Shown: one piece after another, positions 51,630 to 63,293 of the stretch | How positions within the stretch are numbered: the first letter of the stretch is position 1 | Layout: each line of letters starts with the position of its first letter | DNA from: Octopus sinensis | Taxonomy: Eukaryota | Length of the DNA stretch: 64,000 nt | Reading direction: 5' to 3' | Assembly (NCBI RefSeq): GCF_006345805.1 | Contig: NC_043006.1 | Coordinates: 62,930,001 to 62,994,000 of the forward strand | Notes under the pieces: generated by a model | The model's database searches: none | Told to the model about the DNA's origin: nothing | Seen by the model: the letters and a program-made list of their open reading frames with translations, nothing else | Made by a program: the position numbers and the translations under genes

Positions 51630-51890
51630 GTGTGTATGCATGTATATATGTGAGATATATGTGAGATAATGGTTTCACTTTAATAGTTTCAGTATTAATA
51701 ATGAAACTATTAAACTGAAAGTATTTCATATTACAATAGAGATATATTGTTTCACTAAGAGAGTAAAGACAATATAATAAAAAACACAATACTTGTTAAA
51801 TACAGCTACCCTAGATAGTTGTATTTAACAAGAATTTTGGCTCTTATTATAAAGTTATATATATACACAGTTTTATGTATTGAGATAAAG

Positions 51891-51937
<47 letters not shown>

Positions 51938-51961
51938 TGTGTGTGTGTGTGTGTGTGTGTG

Positions 51962-52010
<49 letters not shown>

Positions 52011-52986
52011 TATTTATGTATGTATATATAAAATACAATATTGTGCGATTGGAAATATTGTAAAAGAATAAGTGAATCACAAGAATAATTTCAAGAGAAT
52101 CCAGAATAATGGAGCCAATATATTTTATAAAATTGAAAAATTACTTATTCTAATGGACTTTTTCAAATAATTTTTATAGAATATCAGCAACTCATTTTTA
52201 TGTTACAATTCGAATTTGAAAATTTGAAAATTATTTTATATTTATAGGGAATGGAAATGCAGAAAAAAATCTCTGTAGCAAGAAAAAAGAAAATAATGTT
52301 CTCAGAAATAAGGACGAGTGGTGTCTACACTCATTTAACTTTCCTTGAAAGTTTGTACCTAATTATGTTGCCATTTGTTGAAGATCTGAACGCTCTTGTA
52401 GCACTTTGCTGTACATTCCTATTTCAAATATTTTAGATTTGATTTGATATTTTAAGTTTTCAGCATGAGATATTTCCTCAAGTCTAATATTTTGTGCAGT
52501 GTTTCTAGTTGTAGTAGTTAACCCCATCACATTAGCCCTAACCACTAGGAAGATACAGAAATACAGACAAATGTCACTTCTTCTGGAAGATCAGACAACG
52601 AAAGTATACGAACGTGGATGAAAGATTTATAAAGGACTGGTGAAATATGCAGTTCCAAACAAACAATATATATTTTCAAATGTTTAATACACGAGCATAC
52701 ATACACACGGTTCGCATGCGCACACACAAACATACGCATACACAAGCACACACACACATACAATTTCTAAATAACATATGTCCCACAGAAACTAAGTCTG
52801 TAGACTGTGACTTTTCACCATTTCCACTTCTGGACCAAAATCTTTGCAAGTGCAACAGTGTGGTGAGGCGTTTGCCTTCTTTCGAAACGTTTTACTCATG
52901 TTACCAATCTAGAACTACAGCCTAAATACACATCCATGAATATTCATATTGCTTATGTTAATATTAACGTATATATATATACATAT

Positions 52987-53030
<44 letters not shown>

Positions 53031-53067
53031 ATAATATATATATATATATATACATACATATATACAT

Positions 53068-53139
<72 letters not shown>

Positions 53140-53140
<1 letters not shown>

Positions 53141-53420
53141 GGAGGCGCAATGGCCCAGTGGGTGGAGCAGCGGTTTCGACTTCCAGACCGGGCGTTGTGA
53201 GTGTTTATTGAGCGAAAACACCTAAAGCTCCACGAGGCTCCGGCAGGGGGTGGTGGCGAACCCTGCTGTACTCTTTCGCCACAACTTTCTCTCACGCTTT
53301 CTTCTGTTGGCCTGAACGCTTAGCCAGCGGGGCGGCGTCATTTGAAGGCTAAAACAATGCAAAGCGCATTGTGACCAGCGATGTGTAGCACAATCTGATA
53401 GCCTGGTCGGTCACTGTGAT
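53140..53420 (+). mobile_element. SINE family 'B'
   Basis: Reverse complement of 29443-29747, with a small head deletion. Confidence 0.88.
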
Positions 53421-54699
53421 ATATTTACATACATGCACGTGTACACACAAATATACAAGCATGCATGCATACATACATACACATATACATACATTCATAC
53501 ATACATATATAGACACACGTGTTTTTGTATGTATGGGTTTATCAGAAAGATGAAACGAACGAAATGTTGCTAATAAGCTAGACAACAGAGTAATTTAATT
53601 TTATGCTGTACGGATGGAATGTATTACAATTTGACTTTTGAGGTTTGTTCTTCGTCTTGAAAAATGCTATTAAGTGATATGATGGATATCTGACGTAAGT
53701 AAAAGAACCGAATGTTGTCTCATCACGTCAGGCATATTTAGTCAATAGAGATAATGGCCGAGAAGTGTGATGGATGTATGTATGTATAATATGAGTGCGT
53801 GTCTTTATGCATAGAGTATGCAAGAATATGGTCTTTGTGATGTGTATGTATGTATGTGTGTGCGTGCGTGTATGTATAGTGAAGTATATAAATCACGAAG
53901 AAACTGATTCGGTTTTAAAATAGATAAAAGCGAGGTTGTACAGATATGTATGGCATAACAATACGGTTTAATTATTCAGCTTTGTTAATTCCACAAGCCA
54001 TTATCCAACACGCTTCTTTATATTTCTTTCCTTGACAAAATACTATACTCCACCTCTGCTAGGAAACATCTTGCTCTATTTCTTCCATTGGCCATTAGCC
54101 TATAATGATTATTTACATTGTTGAAGAGTTACAGTCCGAATCTGTCTTTCCTACTGTGTGAAATGAGATACTTTGTATTTCTGTCTGTATTAATATTTCG
54201 TTCCTGTGATCTTTTGTATAAATTAGCAATACTTTGACGCAGACACTGCCTCTAGAATAAACGAGATTCAATTAATATAATGCTACTATGCAAAATTTCA
54301 ATGATCTCACTGTTATCTACGACAGAATTCAACCACTCTCTTCATGATTCACATGTATTATATATACACAAAACGTTATAAATAATATATGTTCAGAAAA
54401 AAGCGCACAAGATAACATACACATACAAAAGAAAGTATTATATATATAAGATAGACAAAATCCTGTAGCTTCCCATTGGAGGTTATGTAAATAAAAAATA
54501 TCAAAGTTTTTCTCGTATTATCAATGTAGCAAGCTGGCACAGGAAGAATACAAGAAAAGGCATGACAACCTAGGGAGAATAATCCGCCGGGAGTAATGTA
54601 GAAAGCTAAGATTCGACTCTACTGATAAATATTATGTACACGAACCTAATAAAGTGCTAGAAATTAAGATATTTAGGATGTTGTGGGTCTTTCTAGAAG

Positions 54700-55068
54700 C
54701 TAGAAGCAGAAGAAGAGGAAAAGAATGGAAAGTACCAGATAATTGACTTTACAGTACCAAATGACGAAAAAGTCAATATGAGAGGTATAGAGAAAACAGC
54801 AAAGCTTGGGTTACGGAGGCTATGAAAACTTCGGGTAAAACGTATCCCTTTAGTTATTAGTATTAGGAACTATCCCTAAAGATTTGAACTGGTGGATAGA
54901 GGAAATAGGCATAAAACCTAGATTAGTTCAGCTTCAAAAAACAGTGTTATTAGGGACAGCTATGATACTTACGAAGGTTCTTGTCATCTAAGGTTACTAG
55001 TTGTAGTCCGATGTTAGGAATTTCTCCTTTCCAACAGTTTAATCTGTTGTGCCTATATGAAAAAAAAA
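54700..55068 (+). mobile_element. R4/Dong 3' end (fourth subfamily) followed by (TAA)n
   Basis: QIIDFTVPNDEKVN...IPLVIS..GTIPKDL..WIEEIGI...LQKTVLLGTAMILTKVLVI* at 54991, then UTR and (TAA)n 55068-55187. Confidence 0.8.
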
Positions 55069-55091
55069 TAATAATAATGATAATGATATTG

Positions 55092-55186
<95 letters not shown>

Positions 55187-55189
55187 TTC

Positions 55190-55625
55190 TCCAATAGACA
55201 CATGGCCTGACATTTTGGGGGAGGTGGCTAATAGGTTACATCGACCCCGATAAATAACAGGCAAAGTCAACCTCGGAGGAATTTGAACTCAAAACGTAAG
55301 GACAGACGAACTGCCGTTAAATATTTTGCCCTGCTTGCTAACTATGTTTTGAGTGGAGGGACCAGTCAAATACATCGACTCTAGTGAGTCCTTTGCACTC
55401 AATTTATCGACCCCGAAAGGATGCAACACAAAGTCAACCTCGCCGGAATTTGGAATCAGAAATTTTTCACTAGGTCAGCAACTTTGGGAGAGGGGATGAG
55501 TCGATTATATCGACCCCACTGTTCAACTGGTAGATATTTTATCGACTCCGAAAGGATGAAAGGTAAAATCTACCTCGCCGGAAGATAAAGACGAATGAAA
55601 TGCCGCTAAGCTTTTAGCCCGAAAA
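55190..55625 (-). mobile_element. Three stacked degenerate SINE family 'C' fragments
   Basis: The motif atcgacccc...aaagtcaacctcg..ggaattt recurs three times. Confidence 0.7.
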
Positions 55626-55634
55626 TATATCAGT

Positions 55635-56760
55635 ATTTGCAAAAGTTAACTACGGCCAAACTGAAAAGTATGCATTACCGCTTGTATTGCTTTGAAGAAC
55701 TTTGCTGACCATAAACCCCTTGTATCTAGTTTTGGCTCGAAAGAGATCATTCCAGTTTACAGACAGACCAAATTGTTTACAAAGATATTACTGAGCTATA
55801 ACTTTCAACTCAAATACAAGTCAACGAGTCAATTTGATAAAGCAGATGCAATATCGCATCTCCTGGTGAATGAAAAGTTAGACGACGGAGATGCTGTTAT
55901 CGCTTCCATCTGTGTGGAAAATTGTGGGCACAATGTTTTATTTACCGCTTATAGATGCGGTTCCCGTTTTGACAGATACTGTTCAAGTATCAACAAAGAA
56001 TGATTCTACCTTGCATTTAGTTTGTAGATATCGACGAATAGGTTGGCCAAGAAAACTCCAATCAAAAGATCTGAAAGAAATTTTCCAAAGGCGAGAGGTT
56101 TTATCACCAGTAAATAATTGCTGCATGTTTGGTGAGAAAGTTGTTATTTCTAAAGAAAGTACGAAATCTATTTTTAAAACAATTATATATGGGCCACCAA
56201 GGTATAAATCGTATGTACTAAATCGTATGTACTGGCCTAACAGTGAGAAAAAGAAGAGTTAGCACAGACAATCAAGATGCTGGACCGAAATGCTCCAAGA
56301 ATATTTTGCCACATAAGCGTAGAAAAGAAGTAAAACGAGATTTAAACCATCAGTACAAAAGGTACATGAGACACCTCCGTCCTGGACAGCCAGTATTGGC
56401 ACAGCAATTTAAGAAGAAAAGTTTAATGTAGCCGCCTGGTACAGTTAAAAAGCGACACTAGAAATTGTATTTATGAAATTCAAGTGGATAATCAAATTTG
56501 GACAACACACGTTAATCAACTAAGAAAAAGGGAAATAATTCCGAATAACAGAGATCGAAGAAGCGATATACTCTTGGACATTCAGCTGGAAGAATTCAAT
56601 TTACAAGAATATATTCGAAAGAATGATTTCCCAAGTCAAAACTCAACGAAGCTCTCCGACAGTGCGCCAGAAGATATACGGGATCATTTTAGATCCGTAC
56701 AAAAAGTCCTATGATATTAGAGTTCAATATTTTGTTGAGAGGGAAGATGTTAGCGATAAG
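55635..56760 (+). mobile_element. Ty3/Gypsy pol 3' remnant (RNase H, integrase zinc-binding region and C-terminus; core missing), PPT and 3' LTR start
   Basis: NYGQ...DHKPL..FGSK..IPVY...KYKSTSQFDKADAISHL; GWP...FQRRE.LS.VNNC.MFGE.VVI...YWP; PGQPVLA...WTTHVNQLRK. PPT gagagggaaga|TG at 56748. Confidence 0.82.
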
Positions 56761-58330
56761 ATGACCAACAGTTTTTAGGACATGAACGTGGGGTTTAATC
56801 TGTTGCGTCCCTGATTTTTTTTTCCGACAAACAGTTTTGTTTTTTTCGATTGTTATAACGCTTATCAAAGTAGGAGTTGTTTTTTCCCTTGCTGGAATCT
56901 AGTGGGCCGAATTTACAATAACAGTTACAGTTACAACAATATTCTTATATGTAATATTTATTTAGATATATTTCACAATGTGTTTGAGTGCATTGGTGAA
57001 AGTCATAAAAAAACATGGACGCAAAAGGACGCATACAACTGGGGGGGGGGTAGAATCAGATGTTTCAAAAATGTAAAGCATGGCCAAGGTTAAGACGGTT
57101 ATTGGTTTTGGATTCACTTCCACTGCACAGTACCTTCAGCAACTGTCTTCTACAAAAGGCCAGAGCCGACCAATAACTTGTTGGAAGACGGAAATTGTGG
57201 AAGCCCGTCGTATACATGTGTGTGTACGTTTATATGTAAATGCATGTGCGTAAATATGTGTATCTATATGTATCTGTGCGTTTGTGCTTGTTCACCTCCA
57301 CCGCTTGACAGCTGATGTTAGTTTACTCACATTTCCGTAACATGGCAGAGACTGACAGCAAAAGTACCAGGCTTTAAAAAAATTAATAAGTACTGGGGCC
57401 ATTGTAAGCGATGCACTGATATGGCTGCAATCCAATGACTGACACAAACGAAACACATAAAGAGAACTTAACTTTGTATCTGTCATTTTATACAACAGTT
57501 AACACATTTTTCTCCATTCTGTATTTCTCACGGTAAGTGATGGCTTACTAAAAATATTCCCAGATTACAAGGCATCATTCCAAATATACACTGTTGTTGC
57601 TATATCTTTTATGTGTTTTCCTTCTAAGCGCTTTGTTAAATCTCTTATCGCTGTGAACCAAATTACATTGCAGCAAATCTTAAATCACTAAAAGAATAAT
57701 TCTTTTTTGAACATTTCAGTGTTCTTTGCTTTAGGCCGATTTATTTTTCTTGTTTCTAATATGTTATGTTCGCTTTTCATTTCATAACGATTGAATATAA
57801 TAACTACCAAACATTCAACACGTTTTAACTTAACCATTTCGTTCAGTATTTTTTATATTGAAAAATAGAAAGGGCCACTACAGATATTATTCAAGTTAGT
57901 TTACCGATAGCCTGAGGTAAAAATAAGTACTTAAGCGTCCGGTCCCAGTATTTACTATACCTTCCATTTTATTAATTTAATAATCCGTAAGTTTCTGGCA
58001 TGTATCTGATAATGATTCGATACGTGAGAAGGCAACAGACGCAGCCCCTTTCCCCAATAAAGTCCACCTCTTACTTAGTAAGTCCATGTAAATGTTCCGA
58101 AAGGCCATGAATATTTCAGTGGATCAAGTGATGCATAGCGTTGAACACACTTTTCAGCGCAATCAGCTACAAAGCGAGTGGTACATCATAAGTGGGGACA
58201 GCCAGAAACCAACTGCACTTACCTTTTGGTTTTTATGTTGCTTTTGTTTTTCTTTTCATACGAGCTTACCTTCTCCTAGGTGATACTTCTAACAAGAACT
58301 AAGGATCTTTCACACTTAGTGGTTAACATG

Positions 58331-58373
<43 letters not shown>

Positions 58374-58374
<1 letters not shown>

Positions 58375-58957
58375 ACGTAAGGGTATCAGCCATCTGAATG
58401 TGGCTAGCCACTGGGGTGGGGTGTTACTGATGCTTTTAGCCCCAGGCGATCAACGTCACCAGAAGGACTTTAGACACTATTTCAGTGCCCTTGTGTTACT
58501 TGCAAAGGAGGTCATCCTCACTCGAAGACCCGAGTACTACATACGGACTATAGTTTCAAGGTAATTGCCTCTCGTCAACGCATGGTAAGCACCGGTCTTC
58601 GATGAAGGAGTCCCCTCGCAAGTAATATATAATGTTTTTCACAGTAACCACTGTCACTGATGTAGAAAAACTGTCTGAAAACAATAATAAATCTCTGAAC
58701 GAGATATAAACAGTAACTGCTCGACAATTGTCCGTATGTAGTACTCGGGTCTTCGAGGGAGGATGACCTCCCTTTGCAAGTAACACGAGGACACTGAGAT
58801 AGTGTCTAAAGTCCTTCTGGTGACGTTGATCGCCTGGGGCTAAAAGCATCAGTAACACCCCACCCCCACCCACCCCAGTGGCTAGCCACATTCAGATGGC
58901 TGATACCTCTTACGTTGTCGAGCGGTTACTGTTTATATCTCGTTCAGAGATTTATTA
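58374..58957. mobile_element. Retrozyme-like repeat, copy 2: full ~352-bp monomer plus inverted partial copy
   Basis: 58374-58548 pairs with 58730-58916 (~96%), and 58684-58727 pairs with the right terminus up to 58957. Flanked by (TA)n. Confidence 0.88.
58541..58583 (-). ncRNA. Type I hammerhead motif (C3U), GUC cleavage triplet
   Basis: ATGCG TTGACGA GAGG-caatta-CCTT GAAA CTATAG TC CGTAT. Predicted cut between 58546 and 58545. Confidence 0.7.
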
Positions 58958-59171
58958 TATATATATATATACATAGATAGATATTAATCGAAGTGTTCAG
59001 TATTATATATCCATTATGGCCGATCTTACCAATCGGTTTCGTACTAGGGGTTCAACGGAGTATTAGGTAACAGTCCTATTGCTTAACCCTGCGCTTTTGA
59101 GAGGTATCTGTCACAGAATTAAATATATATAGGTGGAATGAAGTATATAGATAGATAGACTGATAGATGCA

Positions 59172-59566
59172 TAGCTTGCTAACCAACCACATGGTTCCAG
59201 GTTCAGTCCTACTGCGTGGCATCTTCGGCAAGTGTCTTCTGCTGTAGCCCCGGGCCGACCAATGCCTCGTGAGTGGACTTGGTAGACGGAAACTGAAAGA
59301 AGCCTGTCGTATATATGTGTATATATGTATATGTATGTATGTGTATGTGTTTGTGTGTCTGTGTTTGTCCCCCTGGCATTGCTTGACAACCGATGCTGGT
59401 GTGTTTACCTCCCCGTCACTTAGCGGTTCGGCAAAAGTGACCGATAGAAGAAGTACTGGGCTTACAAAGAATACGTCCCGGGGTCGATTTGCTCAACTAA
59501 AGGCGGTGCTCCAGCATGGCCGCAGTCAAATGACTGAAACATGTAAAAGAGTTAAGAGTAAGAGTA
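59172..59566 (+). mobile_element. SINE family 'A' lacking the first ~25 nt
   Basis: Matches 6485-6886. Confidence 0.9.
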
Positions 59567-59591
59567 TATACGTATACACACACACGCACGT

Positions 59592-59643
<52 letters not shown>

Positions 59644-59681
59644 ATATATATACATACATACATATATATAAATAATAAAAT

Positions 59682-59930
59682 AAATGTGCCCTTTTAAAGC
59701 CTGGCCAGGCTCATGGGCCCGGTTTCCCGGTTCCTATGGCGTATGTGTACCCCAACTGGACGGGACGCCAGTCCATCACAGCGTTATTGATTTTTGCCAG
59801 TTGAGTGGACTGGAGCAACGTGAAATGAAGTGATTTCACAAGAACACAACGCGTCGACCGGTCCCTGAATCGAAACCATAATCTTACGATCATGATGCTG
59901 ACACCCTAACCACTAAGCTTCGCGCCTCCA
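59682..59930 (-). mobile_element. tRNA-derived SINE family 'D' with a Meta/V-type-looking core
   Basis: Minus strand: tggaggcgc..gcttagtggttaggg...ggtttcgattc...gtgatggactggcgtcccgtccag...gaaaccgggcccatgagcc. Core assignment is from memory and tentative. Confidence 0.75.
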
Positions 59931-59933
59931 CAT

Positions 59934-60011
<78 letters not shown>

Positions 60012-60516
60012 GATACATATAATGATAATTATGATAGAAATAATTGAGAAACTAAGGCCCCCAAAAGTTAATCAAACTTTAAAATTCTCCACACTAATAA
60101 TGTAGTTTATGCAACAAATGGAACAACGAACTATTAGAATTAATGAGAAATCTACATAAAAGCTTAATCCGACTATGACCTATTTTAAGACCGTGTTTCG
60201 CTTCATCTACAATGATAGTAGAGGTCAACCATAGGTCGAGATTCCTTCGACTATTAATAGTAGAACCCCTACCACCAACTTAACAGCAACAAACGGGCAC
60301 TTTGTTCATTCAGTTTATTGATTCCTTCAGTTTACTTCGAAACGGTGTAGATTGATGAAGCTTGAGGAAACTGAATCGGCTGTGGTACAAGATTGAATAA
60401 ACAGTGTGCAATCACTGCGGTTGAAACACAGTAGGTCCGGATAATATGCTGTGAATAACTGTTAAATAAAATTTATGAATGTGGAACACATCCATTCTCC
60501 TTATCATTATTAATAT

Positions 60517-60550
<34 letters not shown>

Positions 60551-60606
60551 CATACATACATACATACATACATACATACGTACATATGTGTGCATATTAT
60601 GCATGT

Positions 60607-60640
<34 letters not shown>

Positions 60641-60647
60641 CTGTTTC

Positions 60648-60931
60648 CTCTTTTACTTGTTTCAGTCATTTGACTTACGGCCATGCTGCAGCACCGCCTT
60701 TAGACGAGGATATCGACCCCAGGACTTATGCTTTGTAAGCCTAGTACTTATTCTATCGGTCTCTTTTGCCGAACCGCTAAGTTACGGGGATGTAAACACA
60801 ACAGCATCGGTTGTCAAGCGATGTTGGGGGGACAAACACAGACACACAAGCATATACACGCATACATGTATATATATACATATATACGACAGGCTTCTTT
60901 CAGTTTCCGTCTACCAAATCTACTCACAAGG
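60648..60931 (-). mobile_element. 5'-truncated SINE family 'A'
   Basis: Reverse complement of the 3' two-thirds of 6485-6886. Confidence 0.85.
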
Positions 60932-61246
60932 CTTCGGTAACACACGGGTAAAATACCATTTCGTCCGTTTTCATGTTCTGAGTTCAAATTCCGACGGATG
61001 CCCTTCATCCTTTTGCGGTCGAAAAATGAGTACCAGTTTAGCACTGGAGTCAATGCGATTTCGGATGAGAGGATTTGTCGATTACATGGACTCCAGTGCT
61101 AAACTGGTAATCATTTTTCGACCGCAAAAGGATGAAGGGCAAAGTCGACCCCCGTCGGAATTTGAACTCAGATCGTGAAAACGGACGAAATAGTATTTTA
61201 CCCGTGTGTTACCGAAGCCTTGTGAGTGGATTTTGTTGACGGAAAC
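60902..61246. repeat. Inverted duplication (~150-bp arms) of a chimeric SINE A / SINE C junction
   Basis: 60902-61051 versus the reverse complement of 61089-61246, ~95% identical plus one small indel. Confidence 0.9.
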
Positions 61247-61291
61247 TCAGAGTAACAGGTTTTGTAGAATTTTCTGCTGCTTTAAATAAAG

Positions 61292-61331
<40 letters not shown>

Positions 61332-61575
61332 CACAAACATGAAGACGACACATATATTAGATATGCTTTTATTGCCTAATATATACTGTTTCTAATCATG
61401 TTGAACTAATATCCGTTTTTCTAAAGGCATTACAGAATTTGTGCATATAACTAAATGTTACAGTTCGAAATGGATTCTTGATAACTGAAGAATTCTAACA
61501 AAAGCTATATCAATAAAAAATAACTATTATGAATACTTGTTAATACTTTTAAAATGTTTGTGAAAGAGAGAGAGA

Positions 61576-61622
<47 letters not shown>

Positions 61623-62107
61623 TGAATGAGTGAGAGAGAGTATAGCATATTATATTATTACACCAACTTAATAGCAGAAAATACCTTTACGTCATCGAAA
61701 ACATTATTATGATGTCATTGAAAACAAAGACCCATAATCAATCCACAATATTTTCTCACATATTGATCTTTCGCCAAACGACTACCAAAACTTCTCGGCA
61801 TAAAAGATCTAATGATGTTTGTATGATTAATGAAAAAAAAAAGAGCGATTCAGTAAATTCCCTGTGTAGGTTGAACTGAGTGCCCTCCGTATCTTACTAG
61901 TCGAAGTAATGAGAAAAGTATAACTAATCGCTCGGACAGCTACAAAGGAGAGGTAAGTCACTTCAAACCACATATCTTTTAAAAAAGAAAATGTATTCAT
62001 GGAATTTTTCGGATGCAGAGTAGTCATGGCTTTGGTCACAGGTGTATTCGATCAACGTTGACAAAAGATTACAGAATAATAACAGCCACTGCCTATTCGA
62101 CATAGTA

Positions 62108-62494
62108 TGGAGGCGCAATGGCCCAGTGGTTAGGGCAGCGGACTCGCGGTCATAGGATCGCGGTTTCGATTCCCAGACCGGGCGTTGTGAGTGTTTATTG
62201 AGCGAAAACACCTAAAAAGCTCCACGAGGCTCCGGCAGGGGATGGTGGTGATCCCTGCTGTACTCTTTCACCACAACTTTCTCTCACTCTTACTTCCTGT
62301 TTCTGTTGTACCTGTATTTCAAGGGGCCGGCCTTCTCACTCTCTGTGTCACGCTGAATATCCCCGAGAACTACGTTAAGAGTGCACGTGTCTGTGGAGTG
62401 CTCAGCCACTTACACGTTAATTTCACGAGCAGGCTGTTCTGTTGATTCTGATCAACCGGAACACTCGTCGTCATAACCGACGGAGTGCTTCCAC
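62108..62494 (+). mobile_element. SINE with family 'B' head and core but a different 3' half
   Basis: Collinear with 53140 up to ctttctctcac, unrelated afterwards. Confidence 0.85.
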
Positions 62495-62708
62495 ACATCC
62501 ATTCGACAAAATATGACCGAAAATAAAAATTGAAAGAAATGAAATATTCCAATACCCTTTAAAATATATCTTTCAATTTTCTTTATAAAACTCTGCTAAG
62601 GTTATTTAAATGAAGTTCATTTAGACTTTAAGCAAGAAGTTTAGTCACAATTCTGAGCGTACCCTCACATTATTTACTTAATCATAATGCAAAAATAGAA
62701 ACATGCCC

Positions 62709-62755
<47 letters not shown>

Positions 62756-62945
62756 CAGACAGAGTGACAAAGACAGACACACGGCCACGGTCACATTGGG
62801 TAACAAATATTGCAGTGTAACACACTTTTCAAACCTCTCTGAAATAATAGATCCAGAAAAGAAGTTGATCTTATTTCTTGAGTCGTATCGAAGATTAATA
62901 GGTCAGCATCTATGGTTTCAGATCTCCAGACATAAAAATTAAAGC

Positions 62946-63026
62946 AATGACTGAAACATGTAAAAGAGTAAAGAGTAAGAGTATATACGTATACACACAC
63001 ACGCACGCACGTACACACAGACACAG

Positions 63027-63098
<72 letters not shown>

Positions 63099-63100
63099 TA

Positions 63101-63157
<57 letters not shown>

Positions 63158-63293
63158 TATACATGCATACATACATATATATAAATAATAAAATAAACGC
63201 GCCCTTTTAAAGCCAGGCCAGGCTCATGGGCCCGGTTTCCCGGTTTCTATGGCGTATGTGTTCCCCAGCTGGACGGGATGCCAGTCCATCACA
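62946..63293. repeat. Second copy of the tail-to-tail SINE A / microsatellite / SINE D cassette at 59529-59780
   Basis: Same junctions: gagtaagagtatatacgtatacacacac...aaataataaaataaa.g.gcccttttaaagcc. Confidence 0.85.

Noticed and set aside
52363-52545. 60-aa non-repetitive minus-strand ORF.
   Set aside because: No recognisable homology or splice signals, and the length is within chance expectation.
58225-58305. Strong polypyrimidine tract plus CCTAG acceptor, which in phase 1 would add GDTSNKN* (a truncated receptor).
   Set aside because: Such acceptors are common in AT-rich introns, and there is no transcript or homology evidence.
62108-62180. tRNA genes at SINE heads (also 6485, 34393, 53140, 59930).
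   Set aside because: They do not fold into full cloverleaves and continue into SINE bodies.
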